NCBI GenBank assembly: GCA_034414775.1
Contig: DAOULX010000042.1
Location: 3,590 to 67,589 of the forward strand
Length of the DNA: 64,000 bases
Reading direction: 5' to 3'
Origin: Dehalococcoidales bacterium
Lineage (GTDB): Bacteria; Chloroflexota; Dehalococcoidia; Dehalococcoidales; RBG-16-60-22
How positions within the stretch are numbered: the first letter of the stretch is position 1; each line of letters opens with the position of its first letter. The notes below the pieces were generated by a model that was not told the origin of the DNA, did not search any database, and worked only from the letters and a program-made list of their open reading frames with translations. The position numbers and the translations under genes were made by a program. Below, one piece after another: positions 29,378-38,793 of the stretch.

Positions 29378-30432
29378 AGCCGTCCAGTTCGCCGTCCAGC
29401 ACGGCCTCGGTATTACTCGTCTCGAAGTCGGTGCGGTGGTCCTTGACCATACGGTAGGGATGTAAGACATAGCTCCTGATCTGATTGCCCCAGCCAGCCT
29501 CGATACGCCTGCCTTTGAGCCTGGCTTTTTCTTCCTCGCGTTTTTCAAGCTCCTGTTCCAGGAGACGCGCCCGAAGGATCTTAAAGGCGAACTCCTTGTT
29601 CATGTACTGTGAGCGCTCGCTCTGGCAGGTCACCGTGACGCCGGTCGGCAGGTGGGTCAACCGCACGGCGCTGCTGGTCTTCTGCATGTGTTGGCCTCCG
29701 GGGCCGCTGGAACGGAACGTCTCTACCCTGACGTCGTCGGGGGAGATCTCCAGCTCGACATCGGATTCGGCCTCGGGCATCACCTCCACCAGGGCAAAAG
29801 AGGTATGGCGGGCATGATCGGCGTCGAAGGGGGAGAGACGTACCAGGCGATGGACGCCGTGCTCGGATTTCAGGTAACCGAAGGCGTACTGGCCGCTGAC
29901 GGCAATAACGGCGCTCTTGATACCGGCCTCATCGCCGGGGGAGGTATCCAGTACTTCTGCCTCGAAGCCGCGACGCTCGCACCAGCGCAGGTACATACGT
30001 ATCAAAATTTCGGCCCAGTCCTGGGACTCGGTGCCGCCGGCGCCGGCATGAATGGCCAGGATGGCATTGCGGGTGTCGTACTCGCCGCCGAGTGAGAGCT
30101 GAAATTCCAGTTCGTCGAGTTTTGCCGCCAGCTCGTCCAGTTCCTTCTCCAGACCGGCCTGGAGGGAGTTGTCTTCCTCGGCCAGGGGGATTAATTCAGC
30201 AGCATCGGCCAGCTTTTTCTCCAGTTCCCGCCAGGACTGTACCGTTCGAGTCAGGCTGGCAAGCTGACGCATGGTATCTTGAGCATTGGTCTGGTCGAGC
30301 CAGAAATCGGGATTGGATGATTGCTTTTCCAGCGCGGTTATTTCTTTTTCTTTTCCGGCGATGTCAAAGATGCTCCACGGCCTCGGCTACCCGGGCCCGC
30401 AAGTTTTTCAGTTTATCGATCAATTCCTGCAT
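29334..30432 (-). CDS. prfB: Peptide chain release factor 2, with programmed +1 frameshift
   Basis: ATG at 30432 gives MQELIDKLKNLRARVAEAVEHL. The sequence CTT TGA C follows (TGA at 30366-30364), preceded by an SD-like GGAG. The +1 frame continues DIAGKEKEITALEKQSSNPDFW... into the 312-aa ORF, which contains the SPF and GGQ motifs. Confidence 0.92.
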
Positions 30433-30456
30433 CCTTCCTCGCCCTTCTCAGAGTAT

Positions 30457-31158
30457 TTATCCGGTGGCTCCGACCGATGTTACATAGTGTTCTTTTGAGT
30501 TAATTCCAGCGGCCAGGTGGGCCAGGCGGGCCGGCTCCGGCAGACGGTAGCCGCGACAGCAGGCCAGCACCAGGCCAATCGCTGAAGACAAGTCAATATT
30601 ATTGCCAATAGACACGTAAACCGGTTTGACACCCGTCCGGGTACGCAGCACCGCCCCGATGACCTCGCCGCTGTCGGTAAGGTCGGCCTGGCTGCCGGCG
30701 GTCGGCCCCGGTTCTGTGTATTCACCGATGAGCCGTGATTTGGCGCAGCCGATGGTCGGGACACTGAGGCAGAGGCCCAGGTGGGAAGCGATGCCCAGCC
30801 GGTGGGGATGGGCAATGCCCTGGCCGTCCACCAGAAAGACATCCGGAGTAAGCGTAAGTTTTTCGCAGGCGGCCAGGGTCAGCGGGGCTTCCCGGAAGGA
30901 GAGAAGACCGGGGACGTAGGGAAATTCGATCGGGCCAGTGTATACGGCTGTCTCCAGCAGTTTCAGTTCCGGAAAGCTGAGGATAACTGCGGCGGCGGTT
31001 CCCGTTTTGGCGAACCGGTTGACGGAGATGTCCAGCCCGCCAACGAGATGCGGATTTTCCACCCGACCTTCCCGTGAGACCTGTCCCGCCAGTTTTTCCT
31101 GTATCTCCCTGGCGCGGGTCGTGGTCACCTGCCACTCGTGCCATCGGACGATTTTCAT
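30457..31158 (-). CDS. nfi: Endonuclease V (deoxyinosine 3' endonuclease)
   Basis: GGLDIS...YVPGLLSFREAP...DGQGIAHPHRLGIASHLG are Nfi motifs. The start is taken at the ATG at 31158, because the ORF-track start is a TTG. Confidence 0.85.
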   Translation of the reverse strand: MKIVRWHEWQVTTTRAREIQEKLAGQVSREGRVENPHLVGGLDISVNRFAKTGTAAAVILSFPELKLLETAVYTGPIEFPYVPGLLSFREAPLTLAACEKLTLTPDVFLVDGQGIAHPHRLGIASHLGLCLSVPTIGCAKSRLIGEYTEPGPTAGSQADLTDSGEVIGAVLRTRTGVKPVYVSIGNNIDLSSAIGLVLACCRGYRLPEPARLAHLAAGINSKEHYVTSVGATG

Positions 31159-31206
31159 AGTAAGATTATAGGGGTTGGGAGGGGGTGGGGGCAAGACAAT
31201 CTTTGA

Positions 31207-32445
31207 CTATCCAATAATCTTGGTGCCCACGAAATCCTGTAAAACCTCCGGCACGGTGATGCGGCCGTCGGCCTGCTGGTAATTTTCAATGACGGCAATC
31301 ATTATCCTGGGCAGGGCCAGGCCGGAGCCATTGAGTGTATGAACGAACCGGGGGCGGGCGTCCGGGGTGGCGCGGTAGCGTACATTGGTCCGCCGGGCCT
31401 GGAAGTCCCCGCAATTTGAGCAGGAGGAGACCTCGAGCCACTCCTGGCAGCCGGGCGCCCAGACATCGATATCGTAGGACTTCACCGAGGCGAAACCGAG
31501 GTCGCCGGTGCAAAGCTGGCGGACCCGGTAGGGCAGGTCGAGCTTTTGACAGACGTCCTCGGCATCGGCGGTCAGTTTCTCAAGCTCGTCATCAGAGGTC
31601 TCCGGCACGACGAACTTATAAAGCTCCACCTTGTCGAACTGGTGGCCGCGCTTGATACCACGGGTATCCTTACCGGCGGACATTTTTTCGCGGCGAAAGC
31701 AGGCGGTGTAGGCGGCGTAATAGAGCGGCAGATCGTCATTAGTGAGTATCTCGTCGCGGTGCAGGTTGGTCAGCGGTATCTCGGCGGTGCCGACGAACCA
31801 GAGGTCATCGGTGACGTCATGATAGATATTATCCTCGAACTTGGGCAACTGCGCCGAGCCGACCATGCAATCACGCTTGACCATGAAAGGAGGATATATC
31901 TCCCGGTAGCCGTGCTCACGGGTATGCAAGTCGAGAAAAAGGGCGATGAGGGCCCGTTGGAGGCGGGCACCGGCTCCGCTGAGAACGTAAAACCGGCTCC
32001 CTGAAATTTTAACGCCGCGTTCGAAATCGATAATACCCAGGTCTTCCCCCAGTTTCCAGTGGGGGGCCGGTTCGAAGGGAAAGGTCCGGGGCTCTTTCCA
32101 GGTGCGGACAGTTACATTGTCAGCGTCATCTTGGCCGATGGGGACATCGGGTGCGGGGATATTGGGCAGTTGGAGGAGAAGCTCTTCGAGTTGCGAGTCC
32201 AGATTCCTGACCGCCTCTTCCATTTCCTGTATCTCGGTGCGGAGTTGGCGGCCCCGTTCCTGGGCCTTTTCCCGCTCCCTGGAGACAGTCTTTCTTTCCT
32301 GTCGGAGGGCATCGAGCTGGCCTATTTTCTGGCGGCGCTCGGCGTCGAGACGGAGGACGTCATCGAGGGGGGCGCTATCATGGCGGTTTTCAATCGCTTT
32401 AAGGACGAGTTCCGGGTTTTCGCGTATCAGTTTGATGTCCAGCAT
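31207..32445 (-). CDS. serS: Seryl-tRNA synthetase
   Basis: 412 aa with an N-terminal coiled-coil arm and class II motifs (FRRE, GSGLALPR). Confidence 0.95.
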   Translation of the reverse strand: MLDIKLIRENPELVLKAIENRHDSAPLDDVLRLDAERRQKIGQLDALRQERKTVSREREKAQERGRQLRTEIQEMEEAVRNLDSQLEELLLQLPNIPAPDVPIGQDDADNVTVRTWKEPRTFPFEPAPHWKLGEDLGIIDFERGVKISGSRFYVLSGAGARLQRALIALFLDLHTREHGYREIYPPFMVKRDCMVGSAQLPKFEDNIYHDVTDDLWFVGTAEIPLTNLHRDEILTNDDLPLYYAAYTACFRREKMSAGKDTRGIKRGHQFDKVELYKFVVPETSDDELEKLTADAEDVCQKLDLPYRVRQLCTGDLGFASVKSYDIDVWAPGCQEWLEVSSCSNCGDFQARRTNVRYRATPDARPRFVHTLNGSGLALPRIMIAVIENYQQADGRITVPEVLQDFVGTKIIG

Positions 32446-32463
32446 GGTGTTTATCCCTGTTCG

Positions 32464-32904
32464 TTACCAGTTACGTTTACCGGTGATGAAGCTCTCGATT
32501 CCTGATTTCTTGATTATTTTCAGGTTTTTGATGTGGGCGTCTTCGTGGTTTGGTTTAAGGAAGTCCAGCTTGGTACAGGTCTCGAAATCTTCGCATTCCC
32601 AGCAGCCTTCGATGCCTTTTTTCTGGCAACAATTTCTCATTTTACAGGGAGGGCCGCCACCGCCCCGGCAGGCCCTCTTACAGCGGAACTTAACCATAGC
32701 CCCCAATACCTTGTAACATTGGGGGTAGTCTTCAAATACCTTAAAGAAAGGTGTCTGGGATACATACGCAGCCGTTTTCTCGAATTTGGACCTTCTCAGC
32801 TCTTCTCTGAGGTCTCTGGCCAGATCAGCAATTCTTCCCTGGTAGGCGAAACAGTCGCCGCAATAAAGACCGCAATAGGCAATAAGGTTTTTCGTTTCTT
32901 CCAT
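32464..32904 (-). CDS. DUF3795 Cys-rich protein (second paralog in the window)
   Basis: LIAYCGLYCGDCFAY...CKRACRGGGGPPCKMRNCCQKKGIEGCWECEDFETC matches the DUF3795 cysteine pattern. Confidence 0.8.
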   Translation of the reverse strand: MEETKNLIAYCGLYCGDCFAYQGRIADLARDLREELRRSKFEKTAAYVSQTPFFKVFEDYPQCYKVLGAMVKFRCKRACRGGGGPPCKMRNCCQKKGIEGCWECEDFETCTKLDFLKPNHEDAHIKNLKIIKKSGIESFITGKRNW

Positions 32905-32953
32905 TTTTCAATCCTTACTCAACTAAGACTTACCTTCATACTGGAGAGTTGGA

Positions 32954-34453
32954 TTAACCTTTCTCCTTCAACTGCGGGAACAGAATCACCTCTCTTATCG
33001 AAGACTGGTTGGTAAACAGCATGATAAGGCGGTCGATGCCGATACCCAGGCCACCCGTCGGGGGCATACCGAACTCCAGCGCCGTCAGGTAGTCTTCGTC
33101 GATGGTCCAGCGTTCCTCGTCCTCGGCCGGTCGCTCCTTGAGCTGCTCCTCAAAGCGCTGCCGCTGCTCGATAGGGTCGTTGAGCTCGCTGTAGGCATTG
33201 GCAATCTCGAGGCCGCCGGCCACGGCCTGGAAACGCTCGACCACCCGCTCCTCGCCGGGTTTGTTCTTGGCCAGCGGTGACATCAAGACCGGATAATCGA
33301 GGAGAAAGGTGGGTTGCACCAGTTTCGGCCTGACCACGGTCTTGTAAAGCTCATCGACGAGCTTGGCCCAGTTTTTGGTGGGGTCAGCCTCAAGGCCTGT
33401 CGATCTGATTTTCTCCCGCAGTCCGTCGGCCGTTGGATATTTGACGAAGTCGATACCGCTATGTTCCTTAACGGCATTCCGTAACGTAAGGCGTCGCCAG
33501 GGCGGTTTTAGGTTAACGATTTCGCCGCCGTAATTGATTTCTGACTTGCCCAATACTTGCCCACTGACCTGGTAGACCATTTCCTCGAGCATGGCCATGA
33601 CGTCGGCGTAGTCGGCGTAGGCCTCATAACTTTCGAGGAGGGTATATTCCGGGCTATGGGTCGTGGAGATACCCTCGTTGCGGAAGACCCGTCCGATTTC
33701 ATAGACCTTGTCAAATCCACCGACGATCAGCCGCTTGAGGTGAAGCTCCAGGGCGATGCGTAGATAGAAGTCCTGATCGAGGGCGTTGTGGTGCGTGATA
33801 AAGGGCAGGGCCAGGGCGCCGCCGGCCGAGGCCTGGAGGACCGGCGATTCCACCTCGATGAAGCCGCGCTGGTCGAAAAAGCGCCGTATCGCGGCGATGA
33901 CTAGGCTGCGCACCCGGAATATCTCCTTGACCTCGCTGTTGGCGATGAGGTCGACATAACGCTGGCGGTAGCGGGTGTCCGTATCGCTCAGGCCGTGCCA
34001 TTTTTCCGGCAACGGCTGGAGTGATTTTGAGAGTAGGGCAAATCCGGCGACATCGACAGTCGGCTCGCCGGTTCTGGTGCGCAGCAGCGTCCCCTCGGCG
34101 CCGATGATATCCCCGATATCCAGGTCACCGAAGAGGTCCTGCCGGGCCTCGTCGAACTCCGAATTGCGAAAGAGGAGCTGTATCTTGCCGGAACCGTCCC
34201 GGATATCCACGAAGGAGCTTTTACCCATCTTCCGGATGGCCATAATCCTACCGGCCACGCCCAACGGCTCGGCGGTCTTGCCGGATACGCTTTTACCCTG
34301 GCTAGCCTTTTCTTGTTCTTCCAACCGCTTGATGGCCTCACCCGTGGTGTGGGTACGGTGATAGCGGTTGGGGTAGGGATTGATGCCCCGCGTGCGCAGC
34401 CGCTCCAGTTTCTGTCTTCGCTGTTGGTTGATGTTATCAAATCGGGATGGCAT
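32954..34453 (-). CDS. lysS: Lysyl-tRNA synthetase, class II
   Basis: 499 aa with an OB anticodon-binding domain and class II motifs (FRNEG, GGLGIGIDRL). Confidence 0.95.
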   Translation of the reverse strand: MPSRFDNINQQRRQKLERLRTRGINPYPNRYHRTHTTGEAIKRLEEQEKASQGKSVSGKTAEPLGVAGRIMAIRKMGKSSFVDIRDGSGKIQLLFRNSEFDEARQDLFGDLDIGDIIGAEGTLLRTRTGEPTVDVAGFALLSKSLQPLPEKWHGLSDTDTRYRQRYVDLIANSEVKEIFRVRSLVIAAIRRFFDQRGFIEVESPVLQASAGGALALPFITHHNALDQDFYLRIALELHLKRLIVGGFDKVYEIGRVFRNEGISTTHSPEYTLLESYEAYADYADVMAMLEEMVYQVSGQVLGKSEINYGGEIVNLKPPWRRLTLRNAVKEHSGIDFVKYPTADGLREKIRSTGLEADPTKNWAKLVDELYKTVVRPKLVQPTFLLDYPVLMSPLAKNKPGEERVVERFQAVAGGLEIANAYSELNDPIEQRQRFEEQLKERPAEDEERWTIDEDYLTALEFGMPPTGGLGIGIDRLIMLFTNQSSIREVILFPQLKEKG

Positions 34454-34603
34454 GTTTCATTCCGCAAATATATAGATATTTCATTATATGTTAAAGCGCT
34501 GGGAGCGGTAAAGTGGGAAAATGTCGGGTGAGCTTTAATGCGAATATTGATACCTGGCCGGGGAAACAATGACTTGATAGTGGAACCTACGAACCAGGTG
34601 TTT

Positions 34604-35389
34604 TCAAGTAAGGGCATCCTGTCTGCTGGTCATGGCGCGGAGCTCATCCAGCCAGGCGGCGGACCTTACCTCCCGTTCCAGCAGGTACCGCAGGTAGCCG
34701 CGCAGGACATCGTCCAACTCACGGGACAGGGTAGCGTCAATCCGGACGCGGCTGACCTCGCCGAAATCATGGGTGGTCTGGAGAAGTCGCAGCACTTTCT
34801 GCGCGTTCAACGATAGCAAATACGCCAAAGTTTGTTCCTGAGCACAGCCCGGGCAGAGCAGGCCACCGGCGGCGGGATGAAAATAGTTGGGGACGGGCTC
34901 CAGGGGGCGGTGACAGGCGGTGCACTGGCGGAGCTGGGGACGGTAGCCGGCGCTTTCCAAGAGATGGAGTTCGAAGAAGCGGAGGACCAGTTCTTTGTCG
35001 TTCTCGGCGGTGAGTCGCTCTAATGTCGCCAATAGCAATTCAAAGACAGCACGGTTCTCTTCCCGCTCGGCGGTGAACTGGTTGACCAGCTCGGCGATAT
35101 AAAGTCCACAGGAGGTCAGCCAGAGGTCGTTGCGCAGGAGCAGAAAGCTGTTAATGGTCTGGCTGCCGATAATTGTGTCAAGGTTGCGGCCACGGACGAA
35201 GGACACCTGGCTGTGGGTGAGGAGCTCCAGGTGGCCGGCCAGCTTGCTCTTGGGCTTACGCAGGCTCCTGGCGAAACCCTGGATTTTGCCGAGGTTGGGG
35301 GTAAAGAACGTGAGGATGGTATCCGCCTCCCCCAGCTTGGTCTTTTTAATGACGATGGCCTCGGTCTTATATTCACGGGGGTCCGACAT
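34604..35389 (-). CDS. recO: DNA repair protein RecO
   Basis: An N-terminal OB fold pattern (EAIVIKKTKLGEAD) and a zinc motif C..C...C..C (CTACHRP...CPGC) are present. Confidence 0.85.
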   Translation of the reverse strand: MSDPREYKTEAIVIKKTKLGEADTILTFFTPNLGKIQGFARSLRKPKSKLAGHLELLTHSQVSFVRGRNLDTIIGSQTINSFLLLRNDLWLTSCGLYIAELVNQFTAEREENRAVFELLLATLERLTAENDKELVLRFFELHLLESAGYRPQLRQCTACHRPLEPVPNYFHPAAGGLLCPGCAQEQTLAYLLSLNAQKVLRLLQTTHDFGEVSRVRIDATLSRELDDVLRGYLRYLLEREVRSAAWLDELRAMTSRQDALT

Positions 35390-35525
35390 AATATCCCACT
35401 TTTTCGACTGCTCCTGTTATTCTGAGGAATATAACTTTACAGTTTCATTATACACCAATTGGAGATAGAATCTCCTCTACCAACGCTTGGGAAAAGGCCT
35501 GTTTTGAGGTATAATAGAGGCTGTA

Positions 35526-37172
35526 ATGTCATCTCAGGTGTTCTATCGCAAGTGGCGCCCCCAGCTTCTCGCCGAGGTGGTCGGCCAGGAGCATGTCACA
35601 CGGACGCTGCTCAATGCCCTGGCCAAAGGGCGCATCTCGCACGCTTACCTCTTCTGTGGCCCGCGCGGCACAGGCAAGACCAGCACGGCGCGCAATCTGG
35701 CCAAGGCGGTCAACTGCCTGGCGGACGGTAAAGGTGAGCCATGTAATGAATGCGATATATGCCGGTCTATCATCGAGGGGCGGGCCATGGATGTCATCGA
35801 GGTGGATGCCGCCAGCAACACCGGCGTCGACGATATCCGCAGCCTGAGGGAGAAGGTGAACTACGCCCCGAACCAGGCCCGCTACAAGGTCTATATCATC
35901 GACGAAGTCCATATGCTGAGTACCAGCGCCTCCAACGCCCTGCTCAAGACGCTGGAAGAGCCACCGCCCCATGTCATCTTCATCCTGGCCACCACCGAGA
36001 CCCACAAGATACTCCCGACCATCCTGTCACGGTGTCAGCGTTTCGATTTCCACCGCCTGGCCCAGTCCAATGTGGTGGACAAGCTGGTCCGGATATGCGA
36101 GAAAGAGGGTATCAGCACCGACCCGGAGTCACTGCGGCTGATCGCCCGGGCGGCCACCGGCAGCCTGCGGGATGCGGAAAATCTCCTTCAGCAGTTGACA
36201 ACCGGCTACGGGAACGAGATCACCCTGACGCAGGTGCAGACCCTCCTCGGTATGGCCGATAACGAGCGCAGTCGCGAGCTGGTGAGGCATATCGTCAACG
36301 GAGACGTCGCCGCCGGCGTGGCCACGATCAATAACGTCAACAACGACGGCCTCGACCTGCGCCAGTTCAATCGGGAGGTTGTCGACTACCTGCGCTTGAT
36401 GCTGCTGGTCAAGACCGGCTCCGGTGATTCCATCGAGCTTACGCCGGAAGACCTCAGCGAGCTTAAAGAGCTGGCCTCCCGGGTGCCTTTGTCGCGTGTA
36501 TTAGGGGCCGTCAGGAGCTTCGGGCAGCTTGACCTCAGCCTGGATAACTACTCTACTCTGCCGCTGGAGCTGGCGATGGTCGAATGCACCCTCTCTACAT
36601 CCGAAGAATCGGTGAAGACAAGCCCTCCGGTTGTTGAAGAGAACACTGAACCTGTTCGACATTCCAGACATCATCCGGCTATATCCGAGGATTCGCAGCG
36701 GGTAACTCCGCCTCCCGTCGAGCCAGCCGCTCGCGAAGAGGCGAAGAATATTCCTGAAACGGAGTCTCGCGTGACCGACACAGCACCGGAGGTGAAACCT
36801 CCGCCTTCAACCACGCCAGAAGCAGAAGCCGAACCCGCCGCCGGCGAAATAATCGGGCAGTTACAAGTCCATTGGACCAAAATCATCAATGAAGCCCCGG
36901 AGAACCTCAGCCGCACCCCGGCGGCCGCTCTGCTCAGGAGCGCCCGGCCGATATCTATCGAGGACAACACAGTGGTGGTTTCCTTTAAATTTCCGTTCCA
37001 CAAAGAAAAGATGGAGGCTGTTGAGAATCAGAAAACGGCCGATAAGATCGTAAGTTGTTTTTTGGGGCGTTCCTGCCGGGTACGCTGTGTCTACGAACAC
37101 GAGAATAACCACCTGGTCAAAGCGGCGCTGCGCATGGGCGCCCAGGTTATCGATAACGGGGAGGGAAAATGA
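35526..37172 (+). CDS. dnaX: DNA polymerase III subunit gamma/tau
   Basis: A Walker A motif GPRGTGKTS, a zinc module CNECDICRS, a DExx box IIDEVHML and an SRC motif are present. Confidence 0.9.
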   Translation: MSSQVFYRKWRPQLLAEVVGQEHVTRTLLNALAKGRISHAYLFCGPRGTGKTSTARNLAKAVNCLADGKGEPCNECDICRSIIEGRAMDVIEVDAASNTGVDDIRSLREKVNYAPNQARYKVYIIDEVHMLSTSASNALLKTLEEPPPHVIFILATTETHKILPTILSRCQRFDFHRLAQSNVVDKLVRICEKEGISTDPESLRLIARAATGSLRDAENLLQQLTTGYGNEITLTQVQTLLGMADNERSRELVRHIVNGDVAAGVATINNVNNDGLDLRQFNREVVDYLRLMLLVKTGSGDSIELTPEDLSELKELASRVPLSRVLGAVRSFGQLDLSLDNYSTLPLELAMVECTLSTSEESVKTSPPVVEENTEPVRHSRHHPAISEDSQRVTPPPVEPAAREEAKNIPETESRVTDTAPEVKPPPSTTPEAEAEPAAGEIIGQLQVHWTKIINEAPENLSRTPAAALLRSARPISIEDNTVVVSFKFPFHKEKMEAVENQKTADKIVSCFLGRSCRVRCVYEHENNHLVKAALRMGAQVIDNGEGK

Positions 37173-37474
37173 ACAAACACATGATGCAGCAGGCCCAGAA
37201 GCTCCAGGCGCAGCTTCTCAAAGCCCAGGAAGATCTGGCCAGCCTGACCGTAGAGGCCAGTTCCGGCGGCGGCGCCGTGACAGTCGTAATGAGCGGCCAG
37301 CAAAAAATTATATCGGTGAAAATATCTCCGGAGGTGGTCGATCCAGCGGATGTCGAGATGCTCGAGGACATGGTATTGAGCGCCGTTAGCGAGGCCCTGG
37401 CCAAGTCCCAGGAGGCGGCCACCAAGATGATGGGCGGACTGACGGGTGGATTGAAGATACCCGGGTTGATGTAG
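37169..37474 (+). CDS. ybaB: Nucleoid-associated protein YbaB/EbfC
   Basis: 101 aa with the family pattern ([26 protein letters not shown]) in the canonical dnaX-ybaB-recR context. Confidence 0.9.
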   Translation: MNKHMMQQAQKLQAQLLKAQEDLASLTVEASSGGGAVTVVMSGQQKIISVKISPEVVDPADVEMLEDMVLSAVSEALAKSQEAATKMMGGLTGGLKIPGLM

Positions 37475-37481
37475 GATTACT

Positions 37482-38093
37482 ATGAACCAGGAAACCACCC
37501 CCGCGACCGACGCTATCGGCCGACTGGTACAAGAGTTCAGCCGGCTGCCGGGCATCGGCCCCAAGAGCGCCCAGCGCATCGCCTTTTACCTGATGCGCTC
37601 CCCGGAGGAGCAGTCCCGCGAACTTGCCGAGGCCTTGCTGGGGTTGAAACAGAAGATCACCCTGTGCTCAGCGTGCTGCAACGTCACGGAAGTTGATCCC
37701 TGTCCCATCTGTCGCAACCCGCAGCGGGAGACCGGCCAGCTATGCATCGTGGAGCAGCCCCAGGATATCCTGGCCCTTGAGCACACCGGCGCCTACAAGG
37801 GGCTATACCACGTCCTCCACGGAGCCATTTCCCCCGGCGAGGGGGTGGGGGCGGGCGATATACGGATCAAGGAGCTGCTCGACCGGCTGCGGAACAACAC
37901 CATCAGCGAAGTCATCCTGGCGACCAATACCAATCTTGAAGGCGAGCAGACGGCGATGTACCTGGGCCGGGTCATCGCCCCGCTGGGCATCAAAGTGACC
38001 CGCTTAGCCCGCGGCCTGCCCTTCGGCACCGAGCTGGAATACGCCGACGATGTCACCCTTACCCGCGCCCTGGAAGGCCGGTCTGAGTTTTAA
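37482..38093 (+). CDS. recR: Recombination protein RecR
   Basis: An HhH motif, a zinc finger [16 protein letters not shown] and a Toprim domain are present. Confidence 0.95.
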   Translation: MNQETTPATDAIGRLVQEFSRLPGIGPKSAQRIAFYLMRSPEEQSRELAEALLGLKQKITLCSACCNVTEVDPCPICRNPQRETGQLCIVEQPQDILALEHTGAYKGLYHVLHGAISPGEGVGAGDIRIKELLDRLRNNTISEVILATNTNLEGEQTAMYLGRVIAPLGIKVTRLARGLPFGTELEYADDVTLTRALEGRSEF

Positions 38094-38123
38094 ATACATC
38101 TGTATCAAAAACCTGAGGTATAT

Positions 38124-38702
38124 ATGTCATTGTTACCAGACTTTGGTATTGGAGTTTGGAACGTCTGGTTGTTTATGATTATTTATCCTCTCCAATGGTT
38201 GGCGGTCGTCGTATTCCCTAAAGGAATTGGTGAAAGAGCCAGTCATGCCCCGGAAATCATCCGGGACCGCCGGGACAAAATCATGGCTATACTCACCCAG
38301 GGACTCTGGGTCGGCGCTACGCTCTACTCCATATTCGTGCCGCTGCGAACGGGCGAGCCCTGGTTGTGGGTGGGGCTGGCGCTGTTCGCCGCCGGTCTGG
38401 TGGTGTTAATTCTAGCGACAGTAGCCGTATCCAGCACGCCTCAAGGAATGCCCTTTTCGACCGGTATCTACCGCTTTTCACGCCACCCCATGTACCTTTC
38501 CATGTTCCTTGTCTATGCGGCGGTCAGTGTCGCTGCCGCTTCCTGGCTGTTTTTCGTTATCACCATTGCCACCTTCTTTCTCCAGCAGTACCAGGCAAGG
38601 AAAGAAGAAGCCCAATGCTGTGATATATTCGGCCCGGCCTATCGGGAGTATATGGGCAGGACGCCCATGTGGATAGGTGTACCGAAGCTACAGCGACAAT
38701 AG
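38124..38702 (+). CDS. Membrane methyltransferase, ICMT/PEMT-like family
   Basis: Polytopic membrane protein with YRFSRHPMYLSMFLVY, the motif typical of isoprenylcysteine carboxyl methyltransferase-like enzymes. Confidence 0.7.
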   Translation: MSLLPDFGIGVWNVWLFMIIYPLQWLAVVVFPKGIGERASHAPEIIRDRRDKIMAILTQGLWVGATLYSIFVPLRTGEPWLWVGLALFAAGLVVLILATVAVSSTPQGMPFSTGIYRFSRHPMYLSMFLVYAAVSVAAASWLFFVITIATFFLQQYQARKEEAQCCDIFGPAYREYMGRTPMWIGVPKLQRQ

Positions 38703-38726
38703 GGGATAGGATAGGGAATACCCCCT

Positions 38727-38767
38727 AAAAAACCACACCCCGCCCCCGGAATCCCGGGGAGCGGGGT
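38727..38767 (-). terminator. GC-rich hairpin with T-tract downstream of CetZ-like gene A
   Basis: The minus strand reads ACCCCGCTCCCCGG-GATT-CCGGGGGCGGGGT, then GTGG, then TTTTTT. It lies 27 nt after the stop at 38794, between convergent genes. Confidence 0.5.
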
Positions 38768-38793
38768 AAATGTTCATCTGGTACCCGGATAAT

